DNA of 64,000 nt from Rebecca billardiae RCC1528 (taxonomy: Eukaryota; Protista; Haptophyta). Position 1 is the first letter of the stretch; every line of letters begins with the position of its first letter. The position numbers and the translations under genes are program-made. This document shows positions 31,853 through 42,271 of this stretch, piece by piece. The notes under the pieces were generated by a model, which saw only the letters and a list, made by a program, of their open reading frames with translations, searched no databases and had not been told where the DNA came from. The stretch covers positions 2,232,001 to 2,296,000 of the forward strand of contig OZ251233.1 of NCBI GenBank assembly GCA_965240325.2. The letters run 5' to 3'.

Positions 31853-33190
31853 TCATGGGCTGGGCGTCGCGCCCGCCGACGAGCGCGCCTGCTGCTCCCA
31901 GTAGTGCACCGGGTCGCCCCACTCGCCCCACGCGATCTCCTTGCCCGCGGTGCGCACGCGCAGCTCGAGGCAGCCGCGGCACTGCGTCGCGGTCTCGTCG
32001 AGGCACGGCTTGCCCTCGTACAGCTGGTAGTTGGCGCGCGTGTCGGTGGGCGTGAGGATCGGCATCAGGATGTTAGCGCCGCGCCGCAGCGCGACCTCGC
32101 GCCCGTCGGCGCGGATGGCCTGGAGCGCGGTGGTCGCGGCAACGTTGACGTCGCCCATCGTCAGCCGCGCCAGCGCGACCATCCTGGTCGTGCGCTCGAA
32201 GACCCACTCCTTGTACCGCTCCTTGCTCCACCCCTTGGCCTGCAGCTCCTCCATAAACATCTCGCCGACCGGCGTGCCCGCCTCGTACACGTACGGGCCC
32301 ATGCCCACCATGTCGATGGACTCGCGGCGGAACCAGAGGAGGTCGCGCGCCTGGTCGGCGGTGGTCTGCGTGGGCAGCCCGATCATCACGCCCGTGCCCA
32401 GCTGGAACCCCAGCTCCTGCAGCTGCTTGAGGCAGCCCGCGCGCGTGTGCCACGAGTGCAGCTCGTCGGCTGGGTGGATGCGCGCGTACAGCTCGGGGTT
32501 GGACGTCTCGATGCGCAGCAGGTAGCGGTGCGCGCCCGCGTCGAGCAGCGCGCGGTAGTGCGTGAGCGGCAGCTCGCCCACCGAGAGCGCGACCCCCAGC
32601 CCTTTCCGGCCGCACGGCTGCGCCGGCCTGCCCGACGCCTCGTCCATCGCCGTGGTCTCGGCGCGGATCGTGCGGATCACGTCGCACAGGAAGTGCAGCC
32701 GCTTCTCGCTGAGCAGCTCGCCGCTCTGCAGCATCACGCTGCCGTACTGGTGCTCGTGCGCCCACTTGGCGATCTCCACGATGGCGTCCTTCTCCATCGT
32801 GTACCGCTTCACCTCCGCCATCTTCTTGCGGATGCCGCAGTAGCCGCAGTTCTTGCGGCACACGTTCGAGAACTCGATCAGCCCGCGGAAGTGGACCTTG
32901 CCCTTGTAGAAGCGGTCGGTCACGGAGTCAGCCTGCAGGTACAGCGCCTTGAGCAGCTTCTCGTCCGTCGACTCGAGCAGCGTCTCCAGCGCGGGCTGGT
33001 CGAGCTCGACCGTCTCACCCGGCTCGAGGCTTTCCTTGCCCACAAACGCGGCGAACGGGCGCGTGCGCGAGCGGATGACGTCGGGCGCGAGCGGCGGCAG
33101 CGGCGGCACGGCGAGCGAGCGGGTGCGGCCGGCGAGGCGCCACTTGAGCGCCTCGCGCGGCGCGCGGCGTGACCAGCCGGCGCGCAACAT
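31853..33190 (-). CDS. hydE: [FeFe]-hydrogenase H-cluster maturase HydE (radical SAM)
   Basis: RGLIEFSNVCRKNCGYCGIR (CX3CX2C), YLLRIETSNPELY, GTGVMIGLP.QT, DMVGMGPY, ATTALQ, GANILMP, YQLYEGKPC and CX7CX2C; intronless. Confidence 0.95.
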   Translation of the reverse strand: MLRAGWSRRAPREALKWRLAGRTRSLAVPPLPPLAPDVIRSRTRPFAAFVGKESLEPGETVELDQPALETLLESTDEKLLKALYLQADSVTDRFYKGKVHFRGLIEFSNVCRKNCGYCGIRKKMAEVKRYTMEKDAIVEIAKWAHEHQYGSVMLQSGELLSEKRLHFLCDVIRTIRAETTAMDEASGRPAQPCGRKGLGVALSVGELPLTHYRALLDAGAHRYLLRIETSNPELYARIHPADELHSWHTRAGCLKQLQELGFQLGTGVMIGLPTQTTADQARDLLWFRRESIDMVGMGPYVYEAGTPVGEMFMEELQAKGWSKERYKEWVFERTTRMVALARLTMGDVNVAATTALQAIRADGREVALRRGANILMPILTPTDTRANYQLYEGKPCLDETATQCRGCLELRVRTAGKEIAWGEWGDPVHYWEQQARSSAGATPSP

Positions 33191-33486
33191 CCCGCGCGAT
33201 GGACGCCGCCTAGCCGGTCAGTTGACCACGGCGCGGTCCTGGCTCGAAGTGGCGAGCCGTGCGGCTCGCGCTCTTACACGGGCATCGATTCATTCGACCG
33301 TAATGTATGCGCAGCGGGCCAATCAAGGGCGGTCGGCTGGCGGAAACTTCACAGCAGGGTGGGATTTGACCACGGAATGGCCCTGAATCTGTGAGGTTTG
33401 GACGTTTGGTGCGGCCGACCTGGCTCCAACGCGAACCAATCGGAAAGGCCTGCTTGGTCAGTCACAGAGCGGGCACGAACGGTCCG

Positions 33487-35097
33487 ATGTCGGCGTACGC
33501 GCTCCGCCGGGCGGCGCTCATGCTCGGCGCGCGGCGGCTGCCGGCGGCGGCGTGCGCGCGCGCCGGCCGGAGGGCGCTGTCCATGGCGGCGAAGCCGCAG
33601 GAGCTCAGCTGGGCCGACGCGAAGAAGATGCCCTCGCCGTCCGCGGGCAAGAAGAAGCCGGGCCCGGTGAAGGGCAGCGACGTGCCGCGGCTCAACATCG
33701 GCATCTTCGGCGCGATGAACGCGGGCAAGTCGCTGCTGATGAACCGCATCACGCGGCAGGAGACGTCGATCGTCGACTCCACGCCGGGCACGACCGCGGA
33801 CACGAAGATCGCGCTCCTCGAGCTGCACGACATCGGGCCCGTGAAGCTGTTCGACACCGCGGGCGTGGACGAGACGGGCGCGCTCGGCGAGAAGAAGCGC
33901 GCGAAGACGCTGGCGAGCCTGAAGGAGTCGGACCTGGCCGTCGTCGTGATCGACGCGAACGCGCTCGGCGCGGGCCGCGCGCAGCAGCTCAGCTGGGAGC
34001 GCGAGCTGCTCGAGGCGGCCGCGCACGGCGGCGTGCTCCCACTGCTCGTCGTGAACGCCAAGCGCACGCAGGTCGACGCGGCCGCGGTCGAGGCGACGCG
34101 CGCGGCGCTGTGCGACGGGCTCGGCGCCAAGGCCGCCGAGGGCGCCGCCGCGCGCGGCGCCGCGCTCGCGTACCAGCCCTCCGACTTCGCCGACGCGCCC
34201 GCGCTCGCGGTCGACCTCGCGGACGAGCGCGAGGCGATCCGCGCGCTCACCGCCTTCCTGCAGAGCAACGCGGCGCGCGTCAAGGCGTTCATGCCGCGCG
34301 CGCTGCCGGAGCGGTACCTGCGGCCCGACGCGGGCGTGTTCCTCAACATCCCGATGGACGCCGAGACCCCCTCGATGCGCCTCCTCCGGCCGCAGGCGCT
34401 CGTGCAGGAGGACGCGATCCGGCACTGGGCCACGACCGTCTCTTACCGGATGGACCTCGGCGCGGCGCGCGGCGCGGACGCGGACGCGCGCGACAAGGAG
34501 AAGGCGCGGTTCCAGCGCGCGCTCCGCGCGGCGATCGAGGCGTGCCCGCCCGACGCGCCGAAGATCCTGATCACCGACTCGCAGGCCATGGACGTCGTGC
34601 ACCCGTGGACGCTCGACGAGTCCGGCGCGCCGCTGATCGACGTGACGACGTTCTCGATCGCGATGATGCACCGCATGAGCGGCGCGCGGCTGCCGCTCTT
34701 CGCCGAGGGCATGCGCAAGTTCATGCAGCTCGCGCCGGGGGACCGGGTGCTGATGGCGGAGGCGTGCAACCACAACCGCATCACCGACGTGTGCAACGAC
34801 ATCGGCATGGTGCAGATCCCGCAGATGATCGGCGCGCAGACCGAGGGCATCGAGATCGAGCACGCGTTCGGCCGCGAGTTCCCCGCGCTCGACAAGGGCC
34901 TGGGCAGCTACGACCTGGTGATCCACTGCGGCGCGTGCATGATCGACCACCAGAAGGTGCGCGCGCGCATCGCGGACGCGCTCGAGGCCGGCGTGCCCAT
35001 CACCAACTACGGGCTGCTCATGTCGTACGCGTACAACGGCGCGGCCGCCCTCGAGCGCGTGCTCCAGCCGTGGGAGGACAGCCACGGCGCGCACTGA
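33487..35097 (+). CDS. hydF: [FeFe]-hydrogenase H-cluster maturase HydF (GTPase/scaffold)
   Basis: IGIFGAMNAGKS, SIVDSTPGTTAD, DTAG, ITDSQA, TTFSI, EACNH...DIG..QIP, IHCGACM, VPITNYG; intronless. Confidence 0.95.
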   Translation: MSAYALRRAALMLGARRLPAAACARAGRRALSMAAKPQELSWADAKKMPSPSAGKKKPGPVKGSDVPRLNIGIFGAMNAGKSLLMNRITRQETSIVDSTPGTTADTKIALLELHDIGPVKLFDTAGVDETGALGEKKRAKTLASLKESDLAVVVIDANALGAGRAQQLSWERELLEAAAHGGVLPLLVVNAKRTQVDAAAVEATRAALCDGLGAKAAEGAAARGAALAYQPSDFADAPALAVDLADEREAIRALTAFLQSNAARVKAFMPRALPERYLRPDAGVFLNIPMDAETPSMRLLRPQALVQEDAIRHWATTVSYRMDLGAARGADADARDKEKARFQRALRAAIEACPPDAPKILITDSQAMDVVHPWTLDESGAPLIDVTTFSIAMMHRMSGARLPLFAEGMRKFMQLAPGDRVLMAEACNHNRITDVCNDIGMVQIPQMIGAQTEGIEIEHAFGREFPALDKGLGSYDLVIHCGACMIDHQKVRARIADALEAGVPITNYGLLMSYAYNGAAALERVLQPWEDSHGAH

Positions 35098-35730
35098 GGA
35101 GGCGGAGGGAGGCCGGCTGGCGGCTGAGGGCGGGGTCGCCGCGCCGCGCGGTCCGGTGCAGCGGCGGCGCACACCGGCCAGCATGCGCAGGCCACGCCGC
35201 GCGCTCACCCACGCCCGGTTGGCACCGCCGGTCCACGGGCACGGAGCGCGCTTGCCGTGGTTACTGGACTATGCGCGGTCCGACGGTGTGACCGGCCCCT
35301 GCGGTGGATGGGCAGTCGCCAGTCGGCGCGGGCCAGCCTCTGAGTCTGACTGAGTCGGAGTCGACTGTAGACCTCAGTCTGCCGTGTTACTCAGCTCGTC
35401 CAGTGATGAGTCACGCGTTAAATGAAACCGTAGGGCCCCGGCTACGGCCGCTACGGCCACGGGCGCGGTCTCGGGTCTCGGCCCGACTCTGTCTCTGTAG
35501 TCTGTTACTCTATCTGCTGTACTTGTAGCCCGCCTGGGCGCCGTATAGAGCAGTCGCGTACTGATGACGTACGCCAGACGTACGTGCCAGCAGGCCCAGC
35601 AGCCACCGCCGCCAGGCGCCACGCCGCGGCACTGATGCGGTTGCCACGAGCCGCGCCGAGCCGGCACGCCGCACGGGCCGCGAGGCCGCGGTCCCAATTC
35701 CCATGGGCTGTGACGAGTGTGAAGTGTGCT

Positions 35731-36586
35731 GACCCGTTGCACGGGTGAGTGACCGTAGGGCGGTGAAAATGCGACGTACCGGTGAAAATACGGTTTTGCA
35801 ACTAGCGCTGGGCGATGGCTGCCGGGCGCGACGAGCCGAGCGGATTGGTGCACGGGGAATCCAATTCCCCGTGCACCAATCCAATCCGTTCGTCGCCAGG
35901 TGCTGCCGTTGCCGAGATCGAGCTGCAAAACCCTCAGCAGGTGGTCAAGAGAAGGAAACGGGGAGGGCTGTCGCAGCGCGCGCGCCGCGGTGGGAAGAGA
36001 GAAGGGCTTGCCTCCCAACTGCAGCTTTGGCAGCGTTCCCTCTTGCGGCAGTGGAAGCCGACGACGAGGAGGATGACGACGCAGCTGCTGATGACTGCTG
36101 CGAAGCAGCAGCGGTGACACTCTGCGGTGCACAGCTGCCACCGCGCGCGCCGCACGCGACTCGGACTCGGGTGATGGCGACAGCAGCACAGCAGTCCTCA
36201 TGAAGACGATGAAGCTGCGTGCACGGGTGCACGAGGTGGCAGGCGAAAGCGCGCCGACGAGACAGCTCTTGACACGCCTGAGCGCACGCCCATGCTCGCC
36301 GAGCGCGAGCGCTGCAAGTGCAACTACAGTGCGCGCCGCGCGGCAAGTGGATGCAGGCTGTACTCGGCGGCACTGCGTCCGCGGCCATCGTCTCTTCACT
36401 TGTCGAGGCTGCTGCTGCGGCGGGCCGGGGGCACTACCCGGCACGCGCGGCGTAGCGCGCTAGACGGAAGGTGATGGTAGACGCACTGTCACGCTCCCGC
36501 CGCCGCCGCCGCCGCCTGCAAGACTGTATCGTCACTCTAGGCCGCCGAAGTGTCGTTTTTTCGGCGCTCACCGCTTGCAACGGGTC
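35731..36586. mobile_element. Non-autonomous TIR element (GACCCGTTGCA ends, 4-bp TSD TGCT), family copy 2
   Basis: tgct|gacccgttgcacgggtgag ... tgtcgttttttcggcgctcaccgcttgcaacgggtc|tgct; 856 bp versus 858 bp for copy 1. Confidence 0.82.
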
Positions 36587-36774
36587 TGCTTCAGATGGGC
36601 ATGACTCAATGAGACCGTGACTGTGAGCCGCTCCGCGCGCACGCGGCCCTCGACGCCATCGCCAGCTTCATCAGCTTGGCCGTTGGGCCCGCCGCCGCCG
36701 CCGGCCGCGTCGCCCCGCCGCCCCGCGCACTGTGACTGGTGAATGGCTTAGCGACGCTACCGGAAGGCGGCTGC

Positions 36775-37551
36775 TTATGCTGACGAGGCGCCTCTGCTTC
36801 CCACCAAGAAGGTGAGGGCAAAACGCGACTGCCACTCGTCGAGGACGTCGAGCTGACGCTCCGTGAATGCACATGCCGGCCGGGCGAGCTGCCGATCCAC
36901 CGCCGCCAGGGCGCGCAGCACGGTGAGCAGCGCGCGCACGGCCTCCACGTGCTCATCGCCCGCCTGTGCGCCCGCCTTGGCCAGGCGCTTGAAGCCAGCG
37001 GCCTTGGCGCCGTGCAGCGGCCCTGTCTGCAGCGCCTGCTGCGAGACGAGGAAGACGCGCGTGGCGAGCTCCTTTGAATCGCGCAATGCGCCCTCATCGC
37101 CGAGCGCGCGGCACAACCGCGCGTGCGCGTCGATGGCTGGGAGCCAGGCGCGCACGGCGTCTGCCGGCCGCATAGCGCATGTTGCGCTCAGTGACTGCTG
37201 CACGCTGTCAATCGCACGATGCGCGGCGCGTTCGCGTCGACGCGCCTCTGCCCCGTCCACGTCATCCACCTCGGCCTCGACGGTGTCCGCATGCGCCTCT
37301 GCGCGGCTGTCGCTGAGGGGCATCGGTGGAGGCATCGTGGGAGCGCCGCCACTGTCCTCGGCTGCGGGCGCGTGCGCGACCGCGCCATTGTCGAGGGCAT
37401 GCACGTCCTCGTCGGCGTCAGCGGGTGCCCCTGCTTCTGTGCGCCGTCGGCTGCGCTGCGCCTGCAGCCCCTCGCGCTTCTGACGCCCCGACGCTGGCTT
37501 GCGGCGCAGGCCGGCGAATGGGTGGCGCACACCATGCGAGCGATCCGCCAT
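36775..37551 (-). CDS. Hypothetical protein (258 aa), divergent from hydG
   Basis: ATG-initiated, protein-like composition with a helical C-terminal half (QQALQTGPLHGAK..FKR...FTERQLDVLDEW); function unrecognised. Confidence 0.6.
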   Translation of the reverse strand: MADRSHGVRHPFAGLRRKPASGRQKREGLQAQRSRRRTEAGAPADADEDVHALDNGAVAHAPAAEDSGGAPTMPPPMPLSDSRAEAHADTVEAEVDDVDGAEARRRERAAHRAIDSVQQSLSATCAMRPADAVRAWLPAIDAHARLCRALGDEGALRDSKELATRVFLVSQQALQTGPLHGAKAAGFKRLAKAGAQAGDEHVEAVRALLTVLRALAAVDRQLARPACAFTERQLDVLDEWQSRFALTFLVGSRGASSA

Positions 37552-37866
37552 TGTACGACTGCTTTACTCCTGCCGCTACTGTTTTACCCCCCCGCGGTGA
37601 GTTCGTGAGCCGGTTGGGAGCCAGCCTGACGCCGATTCGAGATCAAATAATGAAGTTCGGTCGGGCTCCGACGGGTTTGGTTGCCGCTTCGCACCAAACC
37701 CCGGCGGGCGCACGCGATTGGCCGACGAGCCAGCTGCTCACGGCAACTCCTTTTCTGATAGGGCTGCCGCTCAGGCACGTTTGCACGAACTTACTACTGC
37801 GTCGTCAATCGGCCGCGTGCGTCGCCGCCGCGCGGCCAACGTCCCGGTCCAACCGCAACCGGCTTC

Positions 37867-39579
37867 ATGTGGCGGCGCACGAGCACAGCGCGGGCGGCGG
37901 CGGCGGGCGCGGCGCGGCGGCGCGCCGGCGGTCTGCTGGTGGGCAGGGGTCGGCGGTTCTCGGGGCTCACGCGGCAGCAGGAGCACGGCTCGAAGTGGAG
38001 TAAAGAGCTCGACCTCGAGGCGTCGGCCAAGGTGCCGCCCGCGAGCGAGATCATCGACGAGGCCGCCATCTTCAAGGCGCTCGAGGAGACGAAGGAGGCG
38101 GCGAAGGACGTCAACCACGTGCGCGCCGTGCTCGCGAAGGCGCTCGAGCGCGCCACGCTGCAGAAGGTCGAGGGCGAGCTCACCTCCGAGTACGTGCAGG
38201 GGCTGGACGCGACCGAGGCGGCGACGCTGCTCAACATCGACTCGAGCGACAAGACGATGATGTCCGAGCTGTTCCGCACGGCGCTGGACATCAAGGAGCG
38301 GATCTACGGGAACCGCATCGTCCTCTTCGCGCCGCTCTACCTCGCCAACTACTGCGTCAACTCGTGCACGTACTGCGCGTTCCGCTCGAAGAACAAGCAC
38401 ATCAAGCGCTCGCACCTCTCGGACGAAGAGATCCAACACGAGGTGGAGACGCTCGAGCGGATGGGGCACCGCCGGCTGCTGCTGCTCACGGGGGAGGACC
38501 CGAAGTACACGTTCGACGACTTCCTCCGCGTGGTGAGCGTCGTCGCCGGCGTGCGCTCCGAGCCGTGCGGCAACATCCGGCGCATCAACGTCGAGATCCC
38601 GGCGCTCTCGATCTCCGACTTCAAGCGCCTCAAGGCGACGGGCGAGATCGGCACGTACACGCTGTTCCAGGAGACGTACCACCGCGAGACGTTCAAGCGC
38701 GTGCACCCGTACGGCCCCAAGTCCGACTTCGACTACCGGCTGCAGACGATGGACCGCGCGCAGATGGGCGGCATCGACGACGTCGGGATCGGCGCGCTGT
38801 TCGGGCTGTACGACTACCGCTTCGAGGTGCTCGCGATGCTGCAGCACGCGGGGCACCTGGAGAGCCACTACGGCGCGGGGCCGCACACGGTGTCGATCCC
38901 GCGCATCCGCCCCGCCGACCAGGCGCCCGAGTCGATCCGCCCGCCCATGCCCGTCTCGGACCCGGACTTCCTCAAGCTGGTCGCGGTGCTGCGGTGCGCG
39001 GTGCCGTACACGGGCATGATCCTCTCCACGCGCGAGAGCCCGCAGATGCGGCGCAAGCTGCTGCACCTGGGCATCTCGCAGATGTCGGCGGGCTCGAAGA
39101 CGGACGTGGGCGCGTACGCCAAGGGCGACCAGAAGACCGAGCTCGAGACCTTCGGCACCTCGCCGCACCTAGACCTGCTGGACTCGCTCGACGGGCACAT
39201 TGACGAGGCCGCGACCGCGCCCGTCGACGGCGCCGAGCTCAAGGGCCAGTTCTCGCTGCTCGACCACCGCACGCTCGACGAGATCGTGCGCGACCTGCTC
39301 GAGCTCGGCTTCGTGCCGTCGTGGTGCACGGCGTGCTACCGCCTCGGGCGCACCGGCGCGAGCTTCATGAAGATCGCGAAGAAGGGCGACATCCACAACT
39401 ACTGCCACCCGAACGCGCTGCTCACGCTGCGCGAGTACGTCGAGGACTACGCGTCCGACGACACGCGCAAGAAGGCCGAGGCGGTGATCGAGTCGGAGAA
39501 GGGCACGCTCTCGCGCACGGCCGCGCTCGACCGCAAGCTCGCGAAGATCATGCACGGCGAGCGTGACCTCTACTTCTGA
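37867..39579 (+). CDS. hydG: [FeFe]-hydrogenase H-cluster maturase HydG (radical SAM tyrosine lyase)
   Basis: GNRIVLFAPLYLANYCVNSCTYCAF, GNIRRINV, YTLFQETYH, PYTGMILSTRE, PSWCTACYRLGRTG..FM...CHPNALLTL (CX2CX22C), GERDLYF; intronless. Confidence 0.97.
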   Translation: MWRRTSTARAAAAGAARRRAGGLLVGRGRRFSGLTRQQEHGSKWSKELDLEASAKVPPASEIIDEAAIFKALEETKEAAKDVNHVRAVLAKALERATLQKVEGELTSEYVQGLDATEAATLLNIDSSDKTMMSELFRTALDIKERIYGNRIVLFAPLYLANYCVNSCTYCAFRSKNKHIKRSHLSDEEIQHEVETLERMGHRRLLLLTGEDPKYTFDDFLRVVSVVAGVRSEPCGNIRRINVEIPALSISDFKRLKATGEIGTYTLFQETYHRETFKRVHPYGPKSDFDYRLQTMDRAQMGGIDDVGIGALFGLYDYRFEVLAMLQHAGHLESHYGAGPHTVSIPRIRPADQAPESIRPPMPVSDPDFLKLVAVLRCAVPYTGMILSTRESPQMRRKLLHLGISQMSAGSKTDVGAYAKGDQKTELETFGTSPHLDLLDSLDGHIDEAATAPVDGAELKGQFSLLDHRTLDEIVRDLLELGFVPSWCTACYRLGRTGASFMKIAKKGDIHNYCHPNALLTLREYVEDYASDDTRKKAEAVIESEKGTLSRTAALDRKLAKIMHGERDLYF

Positions 39580-40357
39580 GCGGGGGCACGCCCGCGCCTC
39601 CGTGCTCGCTCTGGCCGCTCGGGGCAACTCGAGTGAGTGACAGTCAGCTCGGCTCGGTGCGGCTCTGATGAGACAGATCGTTGTTCTCTCAAGAGTCACG
39701 CGCCCCGGGCGATGCCCGCCCCGGGGCTACCGGGCACCCCGCGGCCCGGCGCGGCCGCGGGTCCGCCGAGGGCACGGGCCCGGACGGCAGGCCGACGCCG
39801 CCACGGCCGGCATTTACAGCCATACAGCCGACAAATGATTTTCGGAATATATAATAAAAATGAATTTAATTTTAGCGGCGTAATATTTAGTAATGAGTAA
39901 AGTCGCGTCCTCATCATCATCAGTAATATATTCGTCATCCCGGATCAATATTGCATCGTCCGGAGCGGCAGACTGGCAGCGCGTGCGGCGTGATTGGCGT
40001 CGCGCCGTCCGCGCCGCCGGCTTGAAAACTGCCACGGCGCGGCTAGGACACGCCCCAAGTAGTTCGGCCCGCGACCAAGGACCCCAGTTTCTCCCGGGTA
40101 ACAATTCCTCTAACTATTACTCACCCCCGTCGCGCCCGTGAAAAGTGTTACAGGCCGAGCGTAGCAGTAACATGTAACACTCTCACGCCGGACTCACCCG
40201 GACTGCGGGTGTCTGACCGAGCCACGCCGCCTGACTAAACCCTGGCTGAGCACACTGTCAGCCATCACTTTCACTTGAGACCGTCGGTCTCGGATTCTCG
40301 CGGCCCGTTGCCGGCCAGTCCGGGTCCGGGTCCGGGGCCGGGCGGGTGGCGCTGGGC

Positions 40358-40789
40358 CCCGGGAGGAGGCCCCCTGTAACAGCTGTAACACCGTAACACG
40401 TAACAAGTCCGGCGCGGCGAGTCCGGGAGCCGACCGGTCCAGGTCCGGGGCGGGCGGGCCGCCAGGCCCGGGCCCGGGAGGAGGCCCCCTGTTACAGCTG
40501 TAACACCGTAACACGTAACACAATGGCGCCGCTCGGCCATGGCCCGTCGTCGGCCCGGTGAAAAAATGGCGGCGGGGCGCGCGGCGCGCAGCGTCGCGCT
40601 CGGTGCGCTCGGCGGGGCTCGAGGAACGACTGCGGACGGGCGAGCGCGCACGGGCGCGAGCACGAGTCGCGTCGCCCGCGCCCCTCCCCGAGCGACCTGC
40701 CGCCGCGTCTCGCGACGATGGCGCAGTGGCCGCTCGTCCGTGGCCGCGTGAAAAAATGGCGGCGGGGCGCGCGGCGCGCAGCGTCGCGC
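40358..40789. repeat. Left inverted-repeat arm (2 TGTTAC units plus a 190-bp-period subrepeat)
   Basis: Two gggaggaggccccctgt(a/t)acagctgtaacaccgtaacacgtaaca units, then tgaaaaaatggcggcgggg at 40559 and 40749. Confidence 0.9.
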
Positions 40790-42009
40790 GCCCAGGCGAG
40801 GCGTGCACGCACGAGGTTGTGTTCCTGGCAAGTGGCTCGCAGCGTACGTTCGGCGGCCGGCTGCACGTGCCGAGCAGCCGCCTGCGCGAGCTCGATGCAC
40901 TCGTGGCCGCGCAGCACTTGGTGCACGGCGCGCGCGCGCCCATGGTAGTCGAGGCGCTCGGCGCGCGCGCGCGCTTCGTCGTCGATGTGGACTGCGCCTT
41001 CAGCACCGCGCCCTCCCCCTCGGACGTGGCCGCACTGCTCGTCGGCCTCCACCGCGTCGCGGAGGAGCATCTGCCCGTGCCCGTTCCCGTGGCTGGGCGC
41101 GTCGTGTACGTCTCGGCGCGCGCGCCCAGCCCCGCGACCGCCGCCGGCTCGGCGCCGGGCGTGCGCCGAGCCGGGATTCACGCGACATGGGACGACTCGG
41201 CCATCGTCTCGGCCGCTGAGGCGGCGCGCATCGCGCGCGTCCTGCACGACTGGGCGCGCTCGCAGCCGCGGCCGCCGTGCTGGCACAAGCTCGAGATCGA
41301 CTGCAGCATCTACGGGGCGGGCCTGCGCCTGCCGTTCACGGCCAAGTCGGACGGCGGCCCGCCCTACCTGCCGGCAGCCGTCGTCGCCGCCGACGAGCAC
41401 GGCGCCGTGCGCTGCGCGTGGCTCGACGCGCTGCCTGCGCAGCACGCGCTGCGGCGGCTCGCGGCGGATGGCGCGCGCTGGCTCTCTCGCGCGCGGCTGC
41501 GCACCGAGCTGGTCGAGTGGAGCGCGCCGCCGCCCGCGCCCGGCCGACCGGCTGTGCCGGCGACGAGCGCCGCCGGTCGCGATGCGGCGGCCGGCGCGCG
41601 GCGCGCGGCGCTGGTCGGCTGGCTCAACGAGCAGCTGCACGCGCACGCACGAGTCTCTGGCTCGGCCGAGCGCTGGCCGCGCATCGTGCAGGTGTTTGCT
41701 GGGAGCACGGCGCACGGCCCGGTCGCGACGTGCTCGACCGCCAGCAGGTGGTGCGAGTGCAAGGGCGCCGAGCACGCGCGACGCACCGTCTTCTACTTCG
41801 CCAAGTCCGACGGCCTCGACCTGTGCTGCGCCGACGAGGCGTGCGTGGCAGCGCGCGGCGCCGGGCGCGCGCGCGCCGTCTGCCTGCGCAGCATGCTCTT
41901 CTGCGCGGGCGGCGGCCGCGCGGGCGCGCCGCCACGCAGCGCCGAGTTTGCCTCGCGCTTCCACGCCGCGTTCGCCAGCGGCCGTGCCGCGATGGGCCCG
42001 GCGCGTTGA
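40756..42009 (+). CDS. Archaeo-eukaryotic primase (PrimPol) with UL52-type Zn ribbon, NCLDV A468R-like (417 aa)
   Basis: TH....GGRLHVP, VVE...RFVVDVD (motif I DxD), GIHATWD (motif II His), IDCSIYGAGLRLPFTAK (motif III), PYLP, and SRWCECKGAEH...VFY...CADEAC (C-H-C-C); intronless. Confidence 0.8.
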   Translation: MAAGRAARSVARPGEACTHEVVFLASGSQRTFGGRLHVPSSRLRELDALVAAQHLVHGARAPMVVEALGARARFVVDVDCAFSTAPSPSDVAALLVGLHRVAEEHLPVPVPVAGRVVYVSARAPSPATAAGSAPGVRRAGIHATWDDSAIVSAAEAARIARVLHDWARSQPRPPCWHKLEIDCSIYGAGLRLPFTAKSDGGPPYLPAAVVAADEHGAVRCAWLDALPAQHALRRLAADGARWLSRARLRTELVEWSAPPPAPGRPAVPATSAAGRDAAAGARRAALVGWLNEQLHAHARVSGSAERWPRIVQVFAGSTAHGPVATCSTASRWCECKGAEHARRTVFYFAKSDGLDLCCADEACVAARGAGRARAVCLRSMLFCAGGGRAGAPPRSAEFASRFHAAFASGRAAMGPAR

Positions 42010-42271
42010 CGACGCGGCGGCCGTGCAGCGCGCATGCGCCCGCACGCCGCCGCCGTCGCCGCCGCCGCCGCCCCGCCGCCGCCGCCGCCGCCGCCGCGCC
42101 CACCTCGCGCCGTCGGCCGACGGGCTCGGCAAACGAGGCGGCGTGCAAACAAGGACTCGGCGCTCGCGCCGGGGTCGGTGCAGCGCGACGCCACGCGAAC
42201 CGCCGCGGTGCTCGCGCCCGTGCGCGCTCGCCCGTCCGCGTGCGCTCCTCGAGCCCCGCCGAGCGCACCGA

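Noticed and set aside
31853-39579. Alternative calls as BioB/PylB, ThiH or a generic GTPase, or a bacterial contaminant
   Set aside because: HydE-, HydF- and HydG-specific motifs are present together; the genes have eukaryotic presequences and host-like codon usage, and a host MITE family is inserted between them
28900-40245. Isolated TTAGGG / CTAAACCC telomere-like words
   Set aside because: Single occurrences with no tandem array
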